From positions 32,952 through 96,951 of the forward strand of contig JACVCD010000017.1 in assembly GCA_016742275.1 (NCBI GenBank): a stretch of 64,000 nucleotides of DNA. Direction: 5' to 3'. The notes below the pieces were generated by a model. The model ran no database searches. It had not been told where the DNA came from and saw only the letters and a program-made list of their open reading frames with translations. Shown here in pieces: positions 1-9,693 of the stretch. How positions within the stretch are numbered: position 1 is the first letter of the stretch; each line of letters starts with the position of its first letter. This DNA comes from Gemmatimonadaceae bacterium. GTDB lineage: Bacteria; Gemmatimonadota; Gemmatimonadetes; Gemmatimonadales; Gemmatimonadaceae. The position numbers and the translations under genes are program-made.

Positions 1-232
1 CGGGTCGCGCGGGTGACGGTAGGTGTTGTTGTGGATCGTGTACGCGCCAAAGCCCAGTGCGGCGGTAAGCACACAGGTCACCAGGGCAGCGCCCCATCCC
101 AACTTGTTCGGATCGTACTGAGCAGCACTCATGATGAACCCCGATGAACACCCAGATCTGGTAAGAGAGGCGGACCGGCATCGGCGTGAGCCGGTGGTCC
201 ACCGCAGCACGGGCAAGCTAAGGGGCGGGCCA

Positions 233-1543
233 TCATTCTTCCACCCTCGGACCCGTATCGGAGCTCTTTTCGACCAACCGGGCCGGCAGGATGGACGTCG
301 CCCCGAACCGGTCGCGGATTCGATCCAGCGCCTTGGTGAGGGCCCGTTCCTTGGCCGCATCGGGCTCAGGAGGAGCTTTCGCGTCTGTGGAGGCCTTGGG
401 GTCGGCGAACAGCCCCAGCTGGGCCACGGCTGGCGGTAACGGGGTATCGTCGTCGTCAAAATGGGAGAGGGCGATACCCAGCAGTCGCACCGGTCCGCCA
501 CGCTGCGCCCGAAGCTGCCGCAGCAGGCTGGTGGCTGCGCGTGAGACGGCGCCTTCCGACTCGATGAAGTGATCGAGTGACCGCTGCGCCGTGCGTGTCT
601 TGAAGTCCGACGTGCGGAGTTTCACGGTGATCGTGCGGGCCCGCAGTGCCTGTCTCCTAAGGTCGGCGCTCACGCGTACGGCCAATCGCAGCAGTTCGCG
701 CTCGATCGTGTCGTCGTCGAGAAGATTGCGTCCGTATGTGCTTTCGCGGCTGACCTGCTTCTGTCTATCACGACTGGAGACCGCGCTTTCGTCGATGCCG
801 CGCACACGTCGACCCAGCCATTTGCCACCGCGTTCGCCGAGGCGATGGATGAGTGCCTCGACGTTCCATGCCTGCGCGTCAGGAACCGTGACGAGTCCCA
901 TGCGTGCGAGCCGTTCGGCGAAGCGTGGGCCCACACCTGGAATGTCAGCGAGTCGAAACCGGGTCATGAACTGCGCTTCGGTGCCCGCCGCCACGTAATG
1001 CACGCCGTTGGCCTGCGTGCCCGGTTTGGGCTTGGCTACTTCGACGGCCATCTTGGCGACAAGGCGTGTCGTGCCGCATCCGATCGACACGTTGAGACCG
1101 GTGGCCGCTTTCACGGCATCGCGAATGCGATGGGCCGTGACTTCGAGCGGCTCATGACCATATAGGGCCTCGGTGCCTCCAAGGTCGCAGTACCACTCGT
1201 CAATGCTGGACGCTTGCACGATTGGCGCAAACTGCGCCAGTACGGCCTGGATTTCGCGACTCTTCGTGCCGCACACACCGCGCGGTACCGGAACACACAT
1301 CGCTTCGGGGCACAGCTTGAGCGCGCGCGAGATAGGCATGGCGGATCGCACGCCATATGCACGACATTCGTACGATGCGGAGCATACCACGCCGCGTGAA
1401 CCGGGGCGCCCGCCCACGATGAGCAGTTTGGCTTTGCCGGCGCCTTCGGGATCCACCTGGCGCGCCACCGCCACGAAGAACGCATCGGCGTCGACCAGCA
1501 GGATGCGTCGTGCTGTATTCGATTCAGGCGCCGCGCTATTCAC
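233..1543 (-). CDS. dinB: DNA polymerase IV (Y-family)
   Basis: N-terminal VDADAFF, CSASYECRAYGVRSAMP, catalytic SIDE, little-finger KQVSRESTY; GTG start. Confidence 0.95.
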   Translation of the reverse strand: MNSAAPESNTARRILLVDADAFFVAVARQVDPEGAGKAKLLIVGGRPGSRGVVCSASYECRAYGVRSAMPISRALKLCPEAMCVPVPRGVCGTKSREIQAVLAQFAPIVQASSIDEWYCDLGGTEALYGHEPLEVTAHRIRDAVKAATGLNVSIGCGTTRLVAKMAVEVAKPKPGTQANGVHYVAAGTEAQFMTRFRLADIPGVGPRFAERLARMGLVTVPDAQAWNVEALIHRLGERGGKWLGRRVRGIDESAVSSRDRQKQVSRESTYGRNLLDDDTIERELLRLAVRVSADLRRQALRARTITVKLRTSDFKTRTAQRSLDHFIESEGAVSRAATSLLRQLRAQRGGPVRLLGIALSHFDDDDTPLPPAVAQLGLFADPKASTDAKAPPEPDAAKERALTKALDRIRDRFGATSILPARLVEKSSDTGPRVEE

Positions 1544-1564
1544 GACCGTTGCACCGCGTGAGAA

Positions 1565-2701
1565 TCAGATGGCGCGCGGTCGCCCCGTCATGGACTCGAG
1601 TTCGCGATTGGAGTCGCGTCCACGGGCCGCCACGGGCCACCGCGTTTCAACTGCATGTCCGCGCACGCCGATGATTTCGTCGAAGAGATGCACGACGATG
1701 CACACGTGGTTTGGCACGATGCGCACCTGTTCGCCCAGCCGCGGGCGCCACGACGACTTGGTCAGATCAAGAATGCCGTGTTCTTCCGAGAGGCGCGAGA
1801 CCACGACATCCGGATGTTCGAGCACGGCACCAAATCCTTCACCTTCGGCACGTAGTGGTTCGCGACCAAGCGCCTTGGTGCCTGCGTCAATCACTGCTTG
1901 CCCTTTCACGGACGTACTGATGACCGTGGCCAGTACGGTGAGTGCACAGTCATCCCAATCGCAGGCGCCGATCTGCGCCGTGGTGCGGTCGTTGTACACG
2001 TAGGTACCGGGACGCACCTCTGTTACACCACGAATTTCATGCATGCGCCACGCCGCTGGCGTTGAACCACCGGTGACCGTGCCGGCCGGTAGACCGGCAT
2101 CGGCAAAGGCTTCGAGGTACTGACCGAGATCACGACTGAGTTGCTGCAACAGCGGGCCTTGATCGTCCACATGCGCGCGAATGTGTCCCGGATAGAACTG
2201 CAGCCCGGCAAATCGCAGCGATGAAGCGCGCTCGATATGGCGCGCCACATTCAATGCCTTCTCCGGCGATGTGGCGCCCACGCGATGCATGCCGAGGTCG
2301 ACTTCGACCAGGACGTCGACGATGCGGTGACCGAGACGCGCGGCGACCGCGAGGGCATCGAGTGAGGCGGCGTCATCGGCGGCCACGCGAATGCGAACAC
2401 TTTCGGGCAGGCGTACGAGTCGCTCGAGACGGGCCGCACCCACGGGCGGATAGGCGATGTAGAGATCATCGCATACCTCGCTCATGATCTCCGCTTCGCG
2501 CAGTGTCGCACAGGTCAGACCGACGGCACCCATGCGCAACTGTTCGGCGGCAATGCGTGGCGATTTATGGGTTTTCACATGCGGCCGCAAATGCAGCCCA
2601 TGGAGGGTGACGTAGGCCGCCATGCGGTCCAGATTGTGGGCGAGTCGATCGAGATCCACGATCGGAACCGGCGTCTCGAGCTGTTCGAGATACGTTGCCA
2701 C
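1565..2701 (-). CDS. Fold-type III PLP enzyme, DSD1/D-threonine aldolase family
   Basis: RPHVKTHK PLP-lysine motif, GGSTP, EVRPGTYVYND, SEEHG, PNHVC. Confidence 0.88.
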   Translation of the reverse strand: MATYLEQLETPVPIVDLDRLAHNLDRMAAYVTLHGLHLRPHVKTHKSPRIAAEQLRMGAVGLTCATLREAEIMSEVCDDLYIAYPPVGAARLERLVRLPESVRIRVAADDAASLDALAVAARLGHRIVDVLVEVDLGMHRVGATSPEKALNVARHIERASSLRFAGLQFYPGHIRAHVDDQGPLLQQLSRDLGQYLEAFADAGLPAGTVTGGSTPAAWRMHEIRGVTEVRPGTYVYNDRTTAQIGACDWDDCALTVLATVISTSVKGQAVIDAGTKALGREPLRAEGEGFGAVLEHPDVVVSRLSEEHGILDLTKSSWRPRLGEQVRIVPNHVCIVVHLFDEIIGVRGHAVETRWPVAARGRDSNRELESMTGRPRAI

Positions 2702-2779
2702 TGCCTTCCTCCACGAGCCCTGGATATGACGCCTGACGCGCCTGCATCACCTGATGCATCGAACGATGTGCCGAACAGC

Positions 2780-3193
2780 ATGCCGCGCACCTGGTCCCCG
2801 GTTACCCTGCCGGACCTGCCGCCGCCTGCGGGAGCCTACTCTCCGGGCGTCCGCACCGCAAATGGTTTGCTGTTTGTATCGGGACAGACGCCACGCGACC
2901 CTGCCACCGGACAGATCGTCGGCACGACAGTGGAGGAGCAGACGCGTGTGACACTGGCGAATCTCGAGCGCATCCTGCACGCCGGTGGGGCACGTTTGCA
3001 GGACGTCGTCAGCGTGACGGTCTATCTGGTGGACGAGAACGATTGGGGTGTCTTCGACAAACTCTATCGCACCGTGTTTTCGCCGCCGTATCCCACGCGC
3101 GCCGTAGTGGGCGCTTCACTGCGTGGCATTCTGGTCGAGATCTCGGCCATTGCTGAAGTACCTGCAGTACCGGCCGTGGCGTCGGCACGATGA
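2780..3193 (+). CDS. ridA: Rid family enamine/imine deaminase
   Basis: PPAGAYSPG, LFVSGQTP, NLERIL, PYPTRA, LVEISAIA; start placed at ATG 2780 (2726 is an alternative). Confidence 0.85.
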   Translation: MPRTWSPVTLPDLPPPAGAYSPGVRTANGLLFVSGQTPRDPATGQIVGTTVEEQTRVTLANLERILHAGGARLQDVVSVTVYLVDENDWGVFDKLYRTVFSPPYPTRAVVGASLRGILVEISAIAEVPAVPAVASAR

Positions 3194-3471
3194 GTGATCA
3201 ATCGCTGCGCGTGCTCGTGATTTACGGTGGCGATAGCGGCATGCGTCGTCATGCCGATCAACGGGCACGCGCGGCCGGTTGGAAAACGCGGCTGGCCAGT
3301 CGTCAGGCGGAACTGGTCAAGGCACTCGATGGTACCGCGACAGTACTGTGGCTGCTCGACGAGGAGACCGTAAGCGCCGTCAGTGATCACGTAGGGCGCA
3401 TCGCGGTCATACAAAAACGAACGCCCGGTGAGACGATTGAAGCGTTCGTCTCCCGGGCACTCGAGGAATAG
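3190..3471 (+). CDS. Small hypothetical protein, possibly a degenerate receiver-like fold
   Basis: ATGA overlap with the Rid stop; LRVLVIYGGD start and beta-alpha pattern. Confidence 0.6.
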   Translation: MSDQSLRVLVIYGGDSGMRRHADQRARAAGWKTRLASRQAELVKALDGTATVLWLLDEETVSAVSDHVGRIAVIQKRTPGETIEAFVSRALEE

Positions 3472-3481
3472 CTGCGCGATA

Positions 3482-4153
3482 TCAGACCACTTCCAGCGCG
3501 TAACCTTCGCCGCGCACCGTGCGGATATCGACGATACTGCCTGTCTCGCGAAGACGCTTCCGGAGCTGCGCTACGTGCACGTCGACCACGTTAGAGCCGG
3601 GATCGAACTGCAGGTGCCAGACATGTTCGAGCAGCGTGGGACGCGACACCGTTTCACCGGCCCGCATCGCGAGAAACTCGAGCAGCGCATACTGACGCGC
3701 CGTGAGATTCACGAGCTTGCCGTGACAGTGCACTTCGTGATTCACGCGATGCAGCGTGAGATCACCGATCTGCACCTTCTCCATGCTGCGCGCGCCCCCA
3801 CGCCGAATGGCGGCGCGCACACGGGCCGCCAGCACTTCGTTGGCGAAGGGCTTCGGGAGATAGTCGTCAGCGCCAGCGTCGAGAGCTCGCACGACGTCTG
3901 CTGTTGTGTCGTGCGCCGTGGCTACCACGATGGGAGTGGTGGAGCCTTCACGACGGAAGTCCTGCAGCAACGCCAACCCGTTGCGATCGGGCAGCTCGAG
4001 GTCGAGCACAATGGCGTCGTACGGCTGACTGCTGACAAACTGCCGACCTTCCTCGGCCTGCGCGGCGATGTCCACCGCGTAGCCGTCGTCCACCAGGACC
4101 TGGCGCATCAGGTCGGCGACCAGGTGGTCATCTTCGATGACGAGGATCCGCAT
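3482..4153 (-). CDS. OmpR/PhoB-family response regulator
   Basis: RILVIEDD, IVLDLELP (phospho-Asp), GADDYLPKPF, winged helix ending IRTVRGEGY. Confidence 0.95.
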   Translation of the reverse strand: MRILVIEDDHLVADLMRQVLVDDGYAVDIAAQAEEGRQFVSSQPYDAIVLDLELPDRNGLALLQDFRREGSTTPIVVATAHDTTADVVRALDAGADDYLPKPFANEVLAARVRAAIRRGGARSMEKVQIGDLTLHRVNHEVHCHGKLVNLTARQYALLEFLAMRAGETVSRPTLLEHVWHLQFDPGSNVVDVHVAQLRKRLRETGSIVDIRTVRGEGYALEVV

Positions 4154-4263
4154 GCGATTGGGAGAGGGGAGACAAGACCCTTATGAGCCCAACAGTAACA
4201 AAAAAAGGCCAGTCCGCATCTACTGTGATGCACAATTCATGAAGTGTGACGGCGCTAAGAATT

Positions 4264-4707
4264 TCACCAGCTCTCGTCACCCTTGAGACGGCGGATGGCC
4301 CGACGATCGTGCTTTCCGGGCTTGCTGTCACCATACGAGAACGACTGCGGCATGGAACGTAGTTGCTCTGTCACAGATTCCCGTTTGCGGCGGCCTTCTT
4401 CGGTTTCGTCGTACAGTGTTCGGGCGATCTCCGCGGAGCCTCGCCGTTCGGCGACGTCGCGGACGACCAGGACCCACTCAATGGGACCCTGACGCAGCCG
4501 AACTTCGTCGCGAGCCTGCACCAGCTTGGCGCGCTTGGCCCGGTCTCCGTTCACGTCGACTTTCCCGCCATCAATGGCTTCGGCGGCGAGCCCACGTGTC
4601 TTGAAGAAGCGCGCGGCCCACAGCCACTTGTCGAGACGCACCTTGCCAGGCGGCAGTGATGCGTCGTCCGCCTCATCATCGGCAGACGAACCACGTCCGC
4701 GGGTCAT
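4264..4707 (-). CDS. hslR: Hsp15 ribosome-associated S4-domain protein
   Basis: VRLDKWLWAARFFKTR, GKVDVNG, C-terminal KPGKHDRR. Confidence 0.9.
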   Translation of the reverse strand: MTRGRGSSADDEADDASLPPGKVRLDKWLWAARFFKTRGLAAEAIDGGKVDVNGDRAKRAKLVQARDEVRLRQGPIEWVLVVRDVAERRGSAEIARTLYDETEEGRRKRESVTEQLRSMPQSFSYGDSKPGKHDRRAIRRLKGDESW

Positions 4708-5105
4708 GCGTCGTCGTCCTCGTCTTCCTCATCATCGCCGATGTCTGCTTCGTCTTCATCAGCGCCTGATGCCGCCTTTGCTTCTGCCGCCGCCACTTCC
4801 TTCACGCGCGTGGCCGCTCCCATGTATACCGCGCGCACCGGTGGTACGCCTGCGCCTTGCGCTCGCTTCTCGAGCTGTGGTACGAGCGCGAGCAGACTTT
4901 CCACGGTGAGCGCCGGGTCGCTGTGCTGCGGAAGCGATTCCAGCATCGTCACCACATCGTCACAGGCCTCGGCCATGCGTTGACTGGTGTTGGCATCAGG
5001 GCCTGGAATGTTGGTGCCTTTGCGCATCTGCGCGACGCGCTCCCGGAGTTGCGTTGCGTCGTGCGTGAAACGATGGCGCAGATACGTGCGCGCGTCTTCG
5101 GTCAT
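4704..5105 (-). CDS. Hypothetical protein with acidic C-terminal tail
   Basis: 133-aa ORF, ATGA overlap with hslR start, host-like codon usage. Confidence 0.7.
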   Translation of the reverse strand: MTEDARTYLRHRFTHDATQLRERVAQMRKGTNIPGPDANTSQRMAEACDDVVTMLESLPQHSDPALTVESLLALVPQLEKRAQGAGVPPVRAVYMGAATRVKEVAAAEAKAASGADEDEADIGDDEEDEDDDA

Positions 5106-5134
5106 GAGAAGTCCGAATGTGTTCGTGCAAGAAA

Positions 5135-6355
5135 TCAGGTGAAGTCGGGACGACCCATTCCCAGTTCGTCGCGCGCGGAACGCCAGGCGTCGAGCCAGGC
5201 ATCAGCAAAAACACGCGGACGGAATCCGAGACGACGGGATCGCGCGACCATATCATCCCACCAGCCGAAGTCCATGGCATCGACCACGTCGAGCAATTGC
5301 CCAAGCGGCTGCGCGCGATCCACGAGCACGTCCTTGAGCATGGGTGGCAGCGCGAGTCGCTGTGCGATGACGGGCGATGGTGAGCCGAGTGCAAACTCGA
5401 GGGTGGAGATGAGTCCGGCCACGACTCGTGCGCGTGGATGTGGTGCAGTGTCGAGCGCCGCTCCCACCCGTTCGCAGAGACGCGCACGGCGCAGTGCCAT
5501 GAACGCCAGTTCGGGATCGTTGGCGGACTCGCCAATCAAACGCGCGGTGACCGCAACCAGACGTTCCATGATGGCATCACGCCCCAGCATGGTCATCGCG
5601 TGCGTCACCGAACGCGGACCGCGCACACCCATGGCCGCCGAACTCATGGCCTTGAGCAGCGAGCCTGCTACATGCGGGTCGTCGCGCACGAACGCATCGA
5701 ACGCCGCATCGGGTGGACGTCCATCCGAGAACGCCGCGAGCATGGTGATTGCGCGAATGATGCTGTCTTCGGTGGTGCGATCGGGAGCGACACCGGCACC
5801 ACGTGTCATCTGTCGGCCCGCATAGAGCGGCACACCTGCCGCGAGCACGCGTTGACGTGTCACGCGGTCATCCACGCCACGCACCAGGGGACGCAAACCG
5901 CCTTCTGCCAGCAGTCGCACACGAGCCTCAAGCAGGGCCGGTGGTGTGCGTGCCGCATCGAGCACGATGGTGCTGCCAGTCAGCGAAGGCGGGAGCGGTT
6001 CTCCCTCAGGAAAACCCAGCAACGCAAAGTTGAAGCCCGTGCCAATCAGACGATCCACCGCACGGCGTGTGGCCGCATCATCCAATGCATCGGTGGCAAT
6101 GAGCCACACGGCATCGAGTGAGGCAAAGCGCGTGATGGCGCCATCGCGCACCACCTGCGGAGTGATCGGCACTACGAGACTGCGTGCCGCCAGTCGCGAG
6201 AGCATGGGAAGCTGTTCGAGAATGGCGCGGGCTTCGTCGTCAGGGCCGATGGGCTGACGCCGCGTATCATCGGGATAGCCACTCACGGCATATCCCACGA
6301 CGCGTTCACGGCGGTCACGCAGTGGCGCCAGTGAAATGAGCAGATCGGACATCAC
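5135..6355 (-). CDS. Degenerate EAL + HDOD domain protein
   Basis: PLRDRRERVVGY start, LVRGVD, C-terminal HDOD-like region (DPHVAGSLLK, RARLCE, GLISTLE). Confidence 0.75.
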   Translation of the reverse strand: MMSDLLISLAPLRDRRERVVGYAVSGYPDDTRRQPIGPDDEARAILEQLPMLSRLAARSLVVPITPQVVRDGAITRFASLDAVWLIATDALDDAATRRAVDRLIGTGFNFALLGFPEGEPLPPSLTGSTIVLDAARTPPALLEARVRLLAEGGLRPLVRGVDDRVTRQRVLAAGVPLYAGRQMTRGAGVAPDRTTEDSIIRAITMLAAFSDGRPPDAAFDAFVRDDPHVAGSLLKAMSSAAMGVRGPRSVTHAMTMLGRDAIMERLVAVTARLIGESANDPELAFMALRRARLCERVGAALDTAPHPRARVVAGLISTLEFALGSPSPVIAQRLALPPMLKDVLVDRAQPLGQLLDVVDAMDFGWWDDMVARSRRLGFRPRVFADAWLDAWRSARDELGMGRPDFT

Positions 6356-6365
6356 GAGTCCCTGC

Positions 6366-7880
6366 TCATGCGGTGTCCGGACGCGCCATCACGGCGTTGA
6401 GATAGGCCGGATCATCCGTGACATCGCGCTCGATGAACGGTGCCAGCCATTCAGGTAGCGCGAACACTTCGTCGAGACTCGAGAGTTCCACTTCGGCCAG
6501 TACCAGCTCACGATCGAGGAACACGTCGATCTCCCACACATGGTCACCGTGCGGCACAGCGTGACGAAGCTTGCGAATGCGGGCGTCTCGCGTGAGCGGC
6601 CACATGGACTCGAACAGCGTGTCGGACGTTTGCTCTTCGAGTTCCACACGCGCTGATGCTGGTCCAAACTTGATGGTGCGCGTGCAGCGCACCGTGCCAT
6701 CGGGTCGGGTGCTGCGGCGCAGGCGCTCGCGGAGCTGCGTACCGGGAATCCATCCCTGGTCGATGCGCGTGGGTGGCACGTGTCGCGCATGCGGCGGAAC
6801 AGACTTCAGCAAGAACTTGCGTTCGATCTCGAGCGGGATACCGCCCATTGATTGCGCGCCTTCGGCATACAGCGCCTGCGCAGCGCGTTCCAGCACTGCG
6901 AGCGTGTCATCGAGGTGTGTGCTCCACGTGGCCGCAAATGCCGTGAAGTGCGACAACGCCTGATTGCGCAGAGCGGCTGCGAGTGCGCGAAGACGCATAC
7001 GCTGCGCGAGCTCTTCGAGCACCACCGCATCTCGCATGGCGCCCAGTTGATCCTGCGCCCGCGTGGCAAGATCGAACCAGCTCCCGAGGGCTGGTCTCGT
7101 CTTGGCGTATGGTGCCAGCAGCGCACGTTGACGCTTGAGGCGGATACGGATTTCGTGCAGCGCGTCCTGATGCTGAATATCGGTGGAGCGCTCGAGTTCC
7201 CGCCTGAGTCGCGTTCCCGACTGCCGGAGTCGCGTCGCCAGATGACGGGCAAACGTCAGACTCGACGCGGGGCTACCGACACTGCGTCGCTGCCGATAGG
7301 TGCTGAGCCGCACCGTCAGTGATTCGACCAATGGATCGAGATGCCGCGCAAATGCACGCTCGATCTGCTTGGGCGACACCGCAGAAGCGCTGCCGAGTCG
7401 CTCGCGCATCGTCATGGCTTCCGCGCGCGCTGTCGTGTCGAGCACTTCGATATTGGCGTCGAGCCACTCGCGCTGCACGTCGGCATCGCGCGCTTCGTTG
7501 GTGGCCCGTCCCAAGCGGCGCAACGCACGCAGCGTGCGCCGATCGGCCACGTCATCAAGCACGCGATTGTTCTCGCGCAGTGTGGCGCGCAGACGTCGCA
7601 GGGCTACACGGGCTTTGTGCAGCACCTCGGTCTCACGTGCACGACGTGCAGCGGCCTCGGCATCGTCGGCACTGCCACGTTCACCACCACCGGTACCAAC
7701 GCTTCGCGGGGGCGTATCGCGCAGCAGTGTGCGCCACTCGGCGCGCGCCGACAGCAACTGCTGCAGCCAGGAAAGCGCGAGCACACGGGCTCCTTCCTGT
7801 GCCGGAAGCCCCAGCGAATCGCCGAGCAGATGCCGGACATGCTCGGCGTTCAGCGATCCCGCGTCAGTCGTCGTTGCCAT
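6366..7880 (-). CDS. CHAD-CYTH fusion (polyphosphate binding / triphosphate tunnel metalloenzyme)
   Basis: LHKARVALRRLR and LHEIRIRLKRQR CHAD motifs; LEIERKFLL, WEIDVF, LAEVEL CYTH motifs; start at ATG 7880 overlapping the upstream gene. Confidence 0.88.
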   Translation of the reverse strand: MATTTDAGSLNAEHVRHLLGDSLGLPAQEGARVLALSWLQQLLSARAEWRTLLRDTPPRSVGTGGGERGSADDAEAAARRARETEVLHKARVALRRLRATLRENNRVLDDVADRRTLRALRRLGRATNEARDADVQREWLDANIEVLDTTARAEAMTMRERLGSASAVSPKQIERAFARHLDPLVESLTVRLSTYRQRRSVGSPASSLTFARHLATRLRQSGTRLRRELERSTDIQHQDALHEIRIRLKRQRALLAPYAKTRPALGSWFDLATRAQDQLGAMRDAVVLEELAQRMRLRALAAALRNQALSHFTAFAATWSTHLDDTLAVLERAAQALYAEGAQSMGGIPLEIERKFLLKSVPPHARHVPPTRIDQGWIPGTQLRERLRRSTRPDGTVRCTRTIKFGPASARVELEEQTSDTLFESMWPLTRDARIRKLRHAVPHGDHVWEIDVFLDRELVLAEVELSSLDEVFALPEWLAPFIERDVTDDPAYLNAVMARPDTA

Positions 7881-8172
7881 CGTGATCATCGCTGGCGTCG
7901 ACAAATACATGGGCCGTGCCGTCTTCATCGTACTCGACCGACACCACCCAGGGGCGGCAGCACACCTGACAGTCTTCCACGTACTGCTGATTCGTGCCCG
8001 ATCCGGGGTCGAGGCTGATCTCCACCGACTCACCGCAATACGGGCACGTCACCTCACCGGACAGATCTGCCACCCCATCACCCATGGGGAACTCGTCGTC
8101 CAGCATGGAATCGTCAAAGGCGTCGTCGCCGAGATCGTCGAACGCGCCCGTCCACTCTTGTTCGTCTGCCAT
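7864..8172 (-). CDS. CPXCG-motif cysteine-rich protein
   Basis: VTCPYCGE ... YVEDCQVCCRP zinc-ribbon pattern, acidic N-terminus. Confidence 0.88.
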   Translation of the reverse strand: MADEQEWTGAFDDLGDDAFDDSMLDDEFPMGDGVADLSGEVTCPYCGESVEISLDPGSGTNQQYVEDCQVCCRPWVVSVEYDEDGTAHVFVDASDDHDGNDD

Positions 8173-8181
8173 ACCACAAAA

Positions 8182-9693
8182 CTAGCGCCCGGTCGTCAGC
8201 AATGTCCGGTCGCCGGTTGCCAGGGCCAGCGCCCCACGGGCGGAGGCCACCTTGCCCTCGAGTGCTGCGAGCTTGCCCGCCTCATCCAGTACCAGGCGTT
8301 CGCGCAGGTTGAGAATGAGAAGGGTGCTTTCACCATTCTCGAAGCGCACCTGTTCCGCGTCGCGGAGCAACCGTGCGTTCCGGACGTTGGCTGTTTGCGC
8401 AACCAGCAATCGTTCGAGATTCGCCAGGTCGAAAATGGTCGAGCGGATATCGTACTCCAGGTCACGCTGCAGGAGATCGCGTTCGAACCGCTGATATTCG
8501 AGTTTGGCCCCAGTCGCACCAAACTTTCCGCTTTCCTTGAGGAAGAGCAGGGGCGTACTGATCTTGAGCCCGGCCTTGTAGTTGTCGTCGAGGCGCGCGC
8601 GATCAAAGAACGGCTCGTCTTCACCACGACCGGCGACACCGGCCAGCTTGGCCTCGGCAAACGGCAGCAGACCCTGCGTGGCCAGCAAACGCTCGGCCTC
8701 GGCTTGCTTCACCTTGGCTTGCACCTTGGCCAGCTCCGGATGACGTCGGACGGCCACGTCGAGCAGTGACGCCAGCTGCGTTGAATCGACGCCGCCGCGC
8801 CCCAATCCATCGAGTACGGGCTTCGCATCATCGGGTAGTGCTGCCGGACGACCATCGGGGCTCCATACATGCGCCGTGAGGTGCAGCGTGGAGACATAGA
8901 ACGACGCATCAGCTTCGTAGCGTGATACCTGTCGACGCTGAAATTCGAGCAACGCTTCGATGGTATCGATGGGCGCACTCTCGCCGTTCACGACGCGGGC
9001 GCGCACAGCCTGCAGACGGAATTCCGCGAGGGCTTCGCCTTCCTGCGCGATTGCACGACGACGCCAGGACTCGTACCACGCACCGTAGTCCTTGGCTGCC
9101 GTGTACAGCAGCTTGTTCACAATCCCCACGCGATCGGCCTCACCGGCATCACGCGCGGCACGCGCCTGTGTCAACGCCGTGCGGCGCTCGTCGGTGATGA
9201 TGCGCTGGCCGAGCGGAATAGAGATGCCGGCATAGATCGTTCCGTTGTCGTTGGTGCGACGATCCGGATTGATGTAGCGACCCATGGTGCGATCGTACGC
9301 CACCGTGACGTCGGCGCCGATCGGCAGCGGAATGCGCAGTTCGGAGTTGAGGTAGTTGTAGTACTCCGTGCCGCCCGAACGTTTCTGATCCCACACAGCA
9401 GATACCTTGGGATCGAACGCACCCCACGCTCCGCGCAGCTCGGCGCGCGCCTGTTCGGCCACGAGACGCGCTTGCTGGGCAACCGGGTGATTGGCCAGCA
9501 CCTCGTCTACGAATGCCGGAAACGTGTAGGGCACACCGCTCGTGTCCACGCGCAGTCCGACCAACTGGCTTGTACGCAGGCGCACGCTGTCCGACGCGGA
9601 CATCGTCGTTGCTTGCGCTGCCATAGACGACGGTGTTGCGCCTGCCAGTACGAGCGCGGTGCCCATCAGCACGTGCGAGAGCACGCGTCTCAC
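8182..9693 (-). CDS. TolC-family outer membrane efflux protein
   Basis: Signal peptide, VLANHP, RFENGESTLL helical-barrel repeats; GTGA overlap with the MFP stop. Confidence 0.9.
   Translation of the reverse strand: MRRVLSHVLMGTALVLAGATPSSMAAQATTMSASDSVRLRTSQLVGLRVDTSGVPYTFPAFVDEVLANHPVAQQARLVAEQARAELRGAWGAFDPKVSAVWDQKRSGGTEYYNYLNSELRIPLPIGADVTVAYDRTMGRYINPDRRTNDNGTIYAGISIPLGQRIITDERRTALTQARAARDAGEADRVGIVNKLLYTAAKDYGAWYESWRRRAIAQEGEALAEFRLQAVRARVVNGESAPIDTIEALLEFQRRQVSRYEADASFYVSTLHLTAHVWSPDGRPAALPDDAKPVLDGLGRGGVDSTQLASLLDVAVRRHPELAKVQAKVKQAEAERLLATQGLLPFAEAKLAGVAGRGEDEPFFDRARLDDNYKAGLKISTPLLFLKESGKFGATGAKLEYQRFERDLLQRDLEYDIRSTIFDLANLERLLVAQTANVRNARLLRDAEQVRFENGESTLLILNLRERLVLDEAGKLAALEGKVASARGALALATGDRTLLTTGR

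Noticed and set aside
7300-8769. 489-aa plus-strand ORF, and similar long antisense ORFs (36412-37788, 56968-58119, 28248-29363)
   Set aside because: They shadow well-supported genes on the opposite strand, have no motifs and show Arg/Ser/Ala-rich composition typical of GC-rich antisense frames
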